The notes under the pieces are model-generated. The model did not search any database. It had not been told where the DNA came from and was given only the letters and a program-made list of their open reading frames with translations. Source: Lepidodermella squamata (Eukaryota; Animalia; Gastrotricha). Taken from it: a DNA stretch of 64,000 nt. The translations under genes and the position numbers were made by a program. Shown here in pieces: positions 25,182-34,189 of this stretch. Location: NCBI GenBank assembly GCA_047495785.1, contig JBLDXI010000032.1, positions 4,340,001 to 4,404,000 on the forward strand. The letters are read 5' to 3'. The first letter of the stretch is position 1. Every line of letters starts with the position of its first letter.

Positions 25182-25209
25182 ATTAAAGTGAACTTTTTAT
25201 TTTTAGAAA

Positions 25210-25752
25210 ATGAAACGATATTACTTATCTGTATGTACTGTTTACGGCTTTCTACCGTTAGTTTTTGGTGGGTGCACTTACCTGTTGAGTTGATCGGATA
25301 TCATATAACTGTCATCCAAAGGTTTCAATTGCTATTCGCACAACTCAACAACTGGAGCTGACACATTGCCTAGCAGTTCAAGTAGTTGTACGAGCACAGC
25401 TTACTGTTTCAAATACGTCAACATTCTGAACAACGTGTCTTACACTCAACGTGGTTGTTCAACCGCCTGCAGTGGTATTCCCGAATTACTTCGATTCATA
25501 TTATTATTTGTGACTAACTAGATGGTTTTAGGAATATCAATTGAAACAACAACTTCGACCAATGGAACCAAATTTTACATTTATTGCTGCGCTGGGTAAT
25601 TTTCCGACGAAGTTATGTGACATTCTTAAATTTCAGTCATTTATAGGGAAAGCTGCAATTTTTCATTATCAAAGTTTTCATTTGATGGACTGTTACCTGC
25701 GATTTTTTCACTAGTAGTAGCGCTTTTTTACGTGAAAAATAAAATGACTTAA
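25210..25752 (+). CDS. Three-finger GPI-anchored protein TF7, 4 exons
   Basis: MKRYYLSVCTVYGFLPLVFG-FNCYSH..SCTSTAYCFK..QRGCSTAC..IYCCAGESCN..LLPAIFSLVVALFY..*. Confidence 0.85.
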
Positions 25753-26071
25753 TTATACATTTTCGGCGTGATAATATTTACTATGCATCTTAAGATTGAT
25801 AATGATAATGATGAGTCGCGAGGGCGTGTAGGAAAACTGTCCTGATAAGAATAGAGCTAAGACGATGTTGCGTTATAAACCTAATGTGTGGCTGCCTGTG
25901 GGCAATGAAGCACAGCATGTAGTGAGTACTCTAGCCGCATAACAACTTCTTAATTTCAATCAACTAGCCCAATTTTGTTCCTCTAGGCTGTACTCCCACC
26001 TGTCACGCTCATTGTTTGCAGTTTCTAAGACTGAAGTTCGAATTTTTATTATATTTAGCAGAATATAAGAG

Positions 26072-26642
26072 ATGCAAGCTCTTAATGGCGCAACCGTAAT
26101 TCTGATTGCGATTTGCTTCGCTGATTTCACGCAAGGTTCGAACATATATATTCCGATGCGCTCTAAAATGATACCTACAACTACGAATTTTCAGCTTTGA
26201 CGTGCGCCTACAGCCAAGGAATCGTCAACACAACGTCAGGTGCGACTTGCACAGGTGGAACGATTTGTTATGTATGTGATGAACGGTTTCACAAATGATC
26301 GTAGCTAACTGAAATTTAGAAATTGGTTCAAACCTCGGGTTCAACTACGCAGACAACTCGTGGATGTGGTAGGCTCCTTGAGATTTTTGTAAAACCTGTC
26401 TCATGCTGAGAATAGGAAATTCATGTACGGAAGGCTTATTGACCACCAGTAATGGAGCGATTTCGCAGACATTTTGCTGCAGCGTGTAAGCACACGATTA
26501 TGAATCGAATCCATTTTCTGCAATGTTTTTTTCGAAATCCTATAGCGACAACTGCAACGCAGCAAATGCGAAATTTGAGGCATTCACAGCAATCGCGACT
26601 TGCAGCCTCCTATCGATAATTATACTTTCCTTCAGACTATAA
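26072..26642 (+). CDS. Three-finger GPI-anchored protein TF8, 5 exons
   Basis: MQALNGATVILIAICFADFTQA-LTCAY..TCTGGTICYKLV..TRGCGNSC..TFCCSVDNCN..LLSIIILSFRL*. Confidence 0.87.
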
Positions 26643-26705
26643 TTAGGCGGAATCCCTAATAAATAATTAACGCCGAAACTGAATTCCTAATCTAGAAATT
26701 TTACG

Positions 26706-27224
26706 ATGGCTATTTTTGGCGCAATAGCCGTTCTTACTGCGGCGATGTTCGCTCTTCATCTCAGTTATACTTCTGGTTAGTTTGGATTACCATGCAGCTA
26801 TTGACTTACCTAGCTATTGTATTGAAGCTTATACGTGCTATTCATCAGCTGCCTCAATCAATGCAACGTCATTCGCGTCGAACTCGACTTGTACGGGCGA
26901 TAGCTGCTACAAATTGGTGCAAGTTTCGTCGAATACAACTGCTCTAGTAACGACAACCCAACGCGGCTGCTCGTCAGGATGCACAGGTTTGAAGTCTCAT
27001 CCTACTAATGATTGGAAAATAATTCAACCAATTTGCAGAAAATTCGGTTTCTTCGACGACGGGTACAAGCGTGAAGATCTACTGCTGCATTGGGTAAGTT
27101 TACCGTCGCAGTTTTTCCACTTCAATTCTCAACTATTTCATTCAGGGATCAATGCAACGCCGCGCCTGATCTTAAAGCGAATGGGCTCATATCGTTTATA
27201 GCTCTGCTGCTGATTTTTGCTTGA
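26706..27224 (+). CDS. Three-finger GPI-anchored protein TF9, 4 exons
   Basis: MAIFGAIAVLTAAMFALHLSYTSA-YTCYS..TCTGDSCYKLV..QRGCSSGC..IYCCIGDQCN..LISFIALLLIFA*. Confidence 0.88.
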
Positions 27225-27255
27225 AATCAAATAGTTTTAAGTTTTAATATTGAAT

Positions 27256-27314
27256 AAAAATGTTCGAAGATAGTTTGGTTCAAAAAAATGTTCGAAGATA
27301 GTTTGGTTCAAAAA
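27256..27314. repeat. Perfect 28-bp tandem duplication
   Basis: TGTTCGAAGATAGTTTGGTTCAAAA occurs at 27261 and 27289. Confidence 0.85.
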
Positions 27315-27647
27315 CAAGTATAAGGATCCTGAGTTCTAGCCCACGCCACTGTGTTCGTTCGAAATGTTTATCGCGAACCTCACGTTCGGTGTTACTCTTG
27401 AGGATAACAGCGATGATGGTATGTTTCAAGTCCGGTGTTAGCGTCAACATGTTGTGTGTGGGAAGCCACTGCTGTTGATCCGATCTAAATTAGGTTGTAG
27501 AAAATTAAACATCTTCAGATCGCTACGACTTGAAGGCCTGCGTAATTAGCTCCCTTAAGAGTCAATTGCGAGTCTCGGGTGGCATAAACATGATGTTGTG
27601 TTTTTTACAAAGTTCGAGTAAAGGGTATTTAAGGCTGCCTGAAAAGC

Positions 27648-30155
27648 ATGATAAACCGCAGAAAGGTTAAAGACACAATTATGCAGATTTTTACATTGCT
27701 ATTTGCTCTATTCGTAAGTCGAACTGCATCATCGAAGCCCTATAAGCTATCCATGATGCAGTTGATACCCTTCACAGGCAACGAGCCGATGAATGGCGAT
27801 GGCTGTAAAGCCGCCTCGCAAATCGCTGTCGATCTCATCAACAACCGGTCCGACATCTTGCCCGATTATGAGGTTGAAATAGCTTTTCGGGACGAGGTCG
27901 TCGGGATCGCCGCAGCTCGATCAGCCGTTCAGTTCGCTCGATCTTTTGAAGGCACGACTTCGAACGCATCCGTGTTCCAATCGCCTGTCATGGTAGGTCC
28001 ATTCTTTTCGGGCGGATGTAAAGCCATCGGGCCTATGCTGCAGCACATCAACTCAATTGACATCTCAATCGCATGTGCCGCTCCCTTTCTAGCTGATCGG
28101 CGATTGTATCCTAATTTCTACATGATGCGATCAACCGGGCGAGTTTTGACCTACGCAATCGCTCAGTTTGTTCGACGAATCGGCGGCTGGCAACGGGCAG
28201 GCATCGTCACTAATGCCGGGGCGATTTTCGACTACGGCTCCGCGAGTCTCCTTCAAGATCTCGCTCTGCAACAGGGCGTTTCAGTGCCGCTGTTCGAGGT
28301 TTTGCTCGACTTCGAGGACGATCTTATCGTTGAATTGAAGAACCGTGATGTTCGAGTTGTTGTCATTTTCACTTCTGTTAACAGGCTTGCCTGGCGTTTC
28401 CTATGTAACGCTCATAAGAACGGTATGACAGGCTCGCGGTACGTCTTCATAATTCTCGGCATAGCTTTTAGCGACCCTCGAAACGCACCTCCGATGATCA
28501 TCCCAGGCTGCCGAAGAGAGGTGGTCATGGAGCAGTTGAAATACTCGTTCCAAGTTGCCCCTGTTATGGTGAATCCAAGAAGTAATATGATAGCCACATC
28601 TGGTGTAAGTGTCACCCAATTCGATCAACTTTTCGATTCGTACACGAACAAATCGCGACCTGTCGACTACGAATTCCGTCACCTGTGCCACGATACTGTT
28701 CTGCAGGGCCTGCTGACATTAGACACGGCTGAGACTTTCCTCAACAAAGATGGGCTGTCTATTCGCGATCTTCAGGAAAAACGTGAGCCAGTAATGAAAG
28801 CTGTCAATTCCTCAGCAATAGCCATCGAATACACCGGCTTGAGAATGGGCCCGATGAAGTACAACCAATTCGGCGAGGTTGACATGGATCTTCTCATGGT
28901 CGGCTATTGGACACCGGACGTCGGGGTGACCAATGTTTACCTGGTTAAGCAATTTCCGAATACAACCGGCTACGACTACAAGCATTACTACATCGAACTA
29001 GCTTCATCGAATTCACAACGTGGCAACAACTGGTGGTGGACCCCGCGAGACAGAAAACCACCCAAAGATAGAGCAGCCTCGGAAAAAATTCAAACTAAAT
29101 TGTCGAACCACCTGTTTGCCGCAATCATCTGCATCGGATTGGCGCTTTCGCTAGCCAAGTTTGCTACTCTTGTGAAAATCCTGTTGCTTCACATCCAAAA
29201 TTCACGAGAGCAGCTTCGAAACACTTTTCGAACACGCCCCCTCAGCCGGTGTATCACATGTGTTGGATGCATTCTACTCAACATTTCCGCAATGTTATTC
29301 GCTAATTTTGCCGTTGACGATGATCGTTTTCAAGACACAGTTCACTACGGTCTGCAAATCGCTGTTCTCATGATTGCATCCACCTTAATAACCGCATCGA
29401 TGAGCGTCCGTGCGCTGGTCGCTAGGTTGCATTTGCAGCGCGATATTTACGAATCGATTGCAAAACAGCACGCTTCGATGGGCCCGAGTGTTTCATCTCG
29501 CGCGGGAAGTGTTTCGCTGAATCGTTCCAAGGGCAGCGACGCCTCATCCTACCGCCGTAGATCGTCGGTTGGCTACGCTCACAGGAATTCGCTAACTGTC
29601 GATGGCATAAGGCCAAGTTTCATCAGTAATGGCACTCTGCTAATGATTGAGGTTTTCGAATCTAGTCGGCTTGAAAGACGGAGTGTGACGTTTCTTCTGC
29701 CCTTCATGCTACCTATATTATCGTACTTGGTCATCTATTTTGCGGCCGGGAACAATATTTACTGCGCCAATAAGCTCCTGAAAACAACTTATTCCGACAA
29801 TGATGATAAATGGGTGACGTATGAAGCGAACATTTGCCAGTCTGACTTTTTGTGGTACATTTTCCCGTTGGCTGAATGTTTCCTTCTTCTGTTGATCGGA
29901 ATCTATCAAGCGCGACGGTTGAACGTTGAAAAAGGCAGCGTTGCTGGGGTACTTCGCGATGAATTCACGTTTTCCTACGTCGCCATGATCAACGCTTTTG
30001 TTTGCCTGGTATTCACGACGCTTATTTTGTTTATGATAGCGGATCCAATCGGCCAGTCACTTGTTGTCGTCTTCATGGCTATGCTAGTATCGACATCCAC
30101 GTTTTCCCTGTTATTTTATCCCTTTTTCAAGTCGTTGCTTTCTCGAAATTGCTAA
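27648..30155 (+). CDS. Intronless GABA-B-receptor-like class C GPCR 1 (Venus flytrap + 7TM); probable start at ATG 27681
   Basis: Signal peptide, AVDLINNRSDILPDY, GPFFSGGC, LADRRLYPNFY, LCNAHKNGMTGSRYVFI (GABA-B-type VFT motifs), no Cys-rich domain, seven hydrophobic segments. Confidence 0.85.
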   Translation: MINRRKVKDTIMQIFTLLFALFVSRTASSKPYKLSMMQLIPFTGNEPMNGDGCKAASQIAVDLINNRSDILPDYEVEIAFRDEVVGIAAARSAVQFARSFEGTTSNASVFQSPVMVGPFFSGGCKAIGPMLQHINSIDISIACAAPFLADRRLYPNFYMMRSTGRVLTYAIAQFVRRIGGWQRAGIVTNAGAIFDYGSASLLQDLALQQGVSVPLFEVLLDFEDDLIVELKNRDVRVVVIFTSVNRLAWRFLCNAHKNGMTGSRYVFIILGIAFSDPRNAPPMIIPGCRREVVMEQLKYSFQVAPVMVNPRSNMIATSGVSVTQFDQLFDSYTNKSRPVDYEFRHLCHDTVLQGLLTLDTAETFLNKDGLSIRDLQEKREPVMKAVNSSAIAIEYTGLRMGPMKYNQFGEVDMDLLMVGYWTPDVGVTNVYLVKQFPNTTGYDYKHYYIELASSNSQRGNNWWWTPRDRKPPKDRAASEKIQTKLSNHLFAAIICIGLALSLAKFATLVKILLLHIQNSREQLRNTFRTRPLSRCITCVGCILLNISAMLFANFAVDDDRFQDTVHYGLQIAVLMIASTLITASMSVRALVARLHLQRDIYESIAKQHASMGPSVSSRAGSVSLNRSKGSDASSYRRRSSVGYAHRNSLTVDGIRPSFISNGTLLMIEVFESSRLERRSVTFLLPFMLPILSYLVIYFAAGNNIYCANKLLKTTYSDNDDKWVTYEANICQSDFLWYIFPLAECFLLLLIGIYQARRLNVEKGSVAGVLRDEFTFSYVAMINAFVCLVFTTLILFMIADPIGQSLVVVFMAMLVSTSTFSLLFYPFFKSLLSRNC

Positions 30156-30287
30156 CTTCGGAATGTTTCGTGATAACTGAAAAATTCGAGGATATAAGCG
30201 ACATAATTTTATTGTTGAAAATAAATTAATCCAATAATCGTCAATCACGAGGTCGAAGCATCATCTCTTTGCAAGTTCAAATTTTTT

Positions 30288-30653
30288 TCACTGAATTTTT
30301 GCGGAATTTAATTGTCCGAGACCTTGCGCTTTTTGCTGCCTGGCAAGCAGCATCCTCTGAGCAGCCAGTCTTAGCTTTGGGCTCCTCTCCAGCAGCTGTT
30401 TGATCTGATTTGTAAAGAAACTAGGCAAAAAATACAATTAAATGTGGTTATTGAAGATTTTGCATTGCCGACTCACTTTGGCTGGCGGTTTTGTCCCGGT
30501 GCTAGAGGCATTGCAGAAACTTCGGATTGACCCAGAAGCAGGGCCACCGCAGCGCACATCAACACTAAATAAAAATATAGTGATGTTTCGCGGAATATCG
30601 CAAAAGCGTGACTTACTAAAATACACAGAATATTGCATGGTGTCAGATTTCAT
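30288..30653 (-). CDS. Small predicted secreted peptide, 85 aa, unknown family; exons 30653-30617, 30564-30477, 30420-30288
   Basis: Two canonical introns (GTAAGT..TTTAG 52 nt; GTGAGT..CCTAG 56 nt) give MKSDTMQYSVYFMLMCAAVALLLGQSEVSA-MPLAPGQNRQPNFFTNQIKQLLERSPKLRLAAQRMLLARQQKAQGLGQLNSAKIQ*. Confidence 0.7.
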
Positions 30654-30820
30654 AGGAAATGTATAAAATGTTCGAATAACCGCAGATAAGTTTGAGCGGC
30701 GAAACAGGCATGTCGCAGCAAGAATTATTTTGACGACTCGGAAAATATCGCATATTTTTCAGCTAATTATTAATAATTTGAATTTTATTTTAATGACTCA
30801 AAGTCGTGTGACGCCAATGA

Positions 30821-32103
30821 CTAGACTTCTGTTCCGAGCAAAACATCGTCACGAGGAAGGCTGTCTAGCAATTGAGCTTGATTGCTGTTCGAATCAGGCT
30901 GCTGAGCGCTAAGCTCCGGATATGCTACAGCATGCCTCCGGCCCCCGCTCCAAGTTCGAACTCTCACAGACATAGTATAACCAACCGAGCCAAGCTTCCA
31001 CAGCAGGATGGCGCGAAATTTGCTGTCGAAAATCGTGAAAACAACAAAATTAGCCGTGTACTGCACGAGAACGAGAAAGAGTGCGCCGTAGAACATGCTC
31101 GACAGTAAAGTAGAGTCGAACTCGAGCAGGTGATAGCGCGAGGCGGAGAGGAATGTACGCAAAATGAAAGTTGCTAGTTCACCTGGCAGTCCCAGAAAAT
31201 TCTCCACGACTATCGCGAGCGTTAGAGACTTCCTCGGGTTGGACAGCTGCCTTTCTCGCATAACTCTATCCATGGATTTTCGCAGCAATTTCGGAGATCT
31301 TGCGTCAACTACAGCAGGTTTACGAATGAGCTGGCGCAGTAAAATTGAGTTGAAAACAGCAAGAATAATAACAGCAACTGCAGGATGAAGCAGATAAATT
31401 TGAAAAAAAATTCGAAAATTTTCAGTTAATTACCTGAGCTCATAAAGTAAACTTTAATGAAAGAGTAAATTGTAAACAGCAGAGAATTTGGCCACCGTTC
31501 CACAATGCAGCCGTTGAAGAAGTCGAGTTTTATCGAAATGATTTGAGGGATAGCTGCTATACCCATTGCAAAGCAGATCGCTAAAGTCACTATTTTAGCT
31601 CGATTCAACTTTCGGTCAACATTGAGCCGCTTCTTCTCAGTTGTTATGTAAAAATACCGGTCGACTGTCATCGCCGTAGTCAAAATTAACGTTGTCGGCG
31701 AGGCGTAGTTAGCAACAGGTCGGAAGAAGTATGTCTCGAAAATCAAGCGTCGGAATGACTTTTGCGAAACAAGAGCTTCAATGACGTAGATTCCGTTTGT
31801 TAGCAAGGCCATGATTTGAATCATGCCGCGGACCATGAGGAAGAAATAGGCGGACGATTTCAGCCGCCGGTTTTTGTAGACAATTATCGACACGCCGTTT
31901 GCAACGCAACCGAGAAGGCAGGCGAAGACGAGAAGGTAAGCGGCGACGGATCGCGATTCGACCTCCTGCGCCGACGTCCGCTTCGGCTTGTACGTCAGCA
32001 GGTCGAGGAACGCGCTGCAATTGTGGCGGTGGTTGATGATCTGTTTAATCTGGCCGGTCAGCGATTCGTCGCTCACTGTCTCATCGCTGACGGTTGGATT
32101 CAT
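30821..32103 (-). CDS. Rhodopsin-class peptide GPCR (FMRFamide/sex-peptide-receptor-like); exons 32103-31434, 31377-30821
   Basis: TM1 LGCVANG, KSSAYFFL, TM3 MTVDRY, TM4 AAIP, TM6 FLGLP, TM7 ANFVVFTIFDSKFR; a 56-nt GT-AG intron joins the two ORFs. Confidence 0.85.
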
Positions 32104-32834
32104 GATTTCTCGCTATATCGCGGCATGAATGCTGTTCGTTATAGCTTTTAAAAGCGTCGTGGGAGCCGGCTCGTGCGATTGATACTTTTTGCGCGCGCTT
32201 TCTATTCTCTCTTCCTTTCTCTCGTTCACTATGCGCAATTTCGTCTAAAATAGCACATAGAAGCCGGATGCACTCGGCCGGCTCGGTGACGGAAGCGAGA
32301 ATACGAGCCGACGCAAGTGTTTACGAAAAGCTGTTATTTTAGCCGCAGCTTTTCGCACGACAACAGCGGCTGCGGCTGCGTTATAGATGAATGCAAAATT
32401 ATGAGTCCTGAATCGAAATCTGAACCAATTAGTTACCAGCAATGTAGCTATTACCTGCGCAGCAGATGAGGATTTTAGAGGATTTGAGGATTTGAGTGCT
32501 GAGCGGCACGACAGAGCAGAATTTACAGCGAGCTTTCTCCAGTTAATTCGGGTCAGCTATAATTCCTATATGGGTATGATGTCACGAATTCTCAATCTTC
32601 CTGATGAACACCCGCCCCCACGCAAATAGCTTTCCTGGTAATCAAAATAATCACATGTCATCAAAAAAATTTGGGTCTGCGTCCAAAAAGGCTAACCCTA
32701 CGCTTCTTTCAGCCAAAAGAAGATGAAATGGGCTGTAAGTAATCGCTGAAAAATATTACGAAACATACAAAAGCAACTGGGCGTAATCACTTTTTCAAAG
32801 CAGACAAATAAATCTTGAAGGATGAAAAGCCAAA

Positions 32835-34179
32835 ATGAGTTTTAAGTTTAACACCGCTTTTTATGTTTCCTTTGCGATGGCAACGTTCTCTACTGCCGAT
32901 ACTGCCAAGTTATCATCGAAGCTGAGAACTAACAAAGTATTGGTGATTTCATTTGACGGCTTCCCTAATTCTTACCTATCAAACGGCGATGTTCATCGTA
33001 ATTTCGATTTTATCCGACGAAACGGTGTTTTTTCGGATTCTTTTCAAAATGTCTTTCCGGGCGAGACGTTTCCCAATCATTTTTCGATGGTGACTGGTCT
33101 TTACGCTGAATCACACGGCATTGTTTCGAATCTTTTCTACGACCCTGTCACTGGGCGTCACTTTTTCTCGAAGCGCTACGACGAGCCGAATCACCAGACC
33201 TCGGAATGGTGGTCAGCTGAGCCGATTTGGGTGACGCTACAACGCCGCGGTCTCGCGCGAGTTGCCACGTCCATGTGGCCAAGCGACCGCGTCAAGTATC
33301 CGCCAGATGACATGCAGCCGTTCAGATGTCGTCAAGACTTTACTCTAGCCGTGCCTTTTACGACACGTGTCGATCAAGTGATGAAATGGCTTGTCGAAGA
33401 CGGCGTTGACTTAGCTCTCATGCTTCATTTCCAACCTGACGATGCTGGCCATATAGCCGGATCGGGCGCTGCAGTTCACCGGGCAGTCTCAAAAATTGAC
33501 GATGACGTCGGCTATGTGCTCCGTAGCATCGAAAAGGCCGGCCTTTCCGGGAAATTAGACCTGATTCTACTATCTGATCACTCAATGAATCGAATTGAAA
33601 GGATAGTTTTTCTCGAAAATTTTCTGGATTTAAATGCTACGTTGGAAAGGCAATCACGAGTCGGTGCCCATGCTGATTTATGGCCGAAGCCTGAATTCAT
33701 GGATTACGTCTATAAAACACTTAAGAAAGCTGAGGAAAAAGTTTATGGGGCTTTCAAAGTTTACAAGCGGGAAGAATTGCCGGAAAGACTTCACTTTAGC
33801 AATCATCCTCGAATTGCGCCTATTATTATTATCGGCACTGTTGGGACTTTCGTCGCTGCTGTAATTTATTTTGTAAATTGTATTCGCCTTAATTTTTGCT
33901 GAATTGTTTTATTCGCAGGATTTGAAAACTGACCCTGAGATGTTTGGGTACCGGGCAATACATGGCTGGGATCCGGCTGATCGTAATCAACAGCCCATGT
34001 TTATGGCTATCGGGCCTTCTTTCAAATCAGGCGGCTACAACGCAAGTAACACAACTCGCGGCATGGAAACGAAAGATCTTTACTCGATAATTCTTCGCCT
34101 GCTGAAAATCAACGGCAAATTGATGCCGCCAAACAACGCATCTTTCACTGTTATCGAAGATCTGTTCAATATTTCTTAA
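32835..34179 (+). CDS. Ectonucleotide pyrophosphatase/phosphodiesterase (ENPP4/5-like); exons 32835-33860, 33919-34179
   Basis: Signal peptide, ISFDGF, catalytic TFPNHFSMVTGLYAESHGIVSN, WWSAEPIWVT, QPDDAGH, LSDHSM, HGWD. Confidence 0.92.
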
Positions 34180-34189
34180 TAAAGGATTC

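Noticed and set aside
27256-27314. 28-bp tandem duplication after TF9 as a regulatory element
   Set aside because: Two copies only, bounded by A-runs; consistent with simple slippage.
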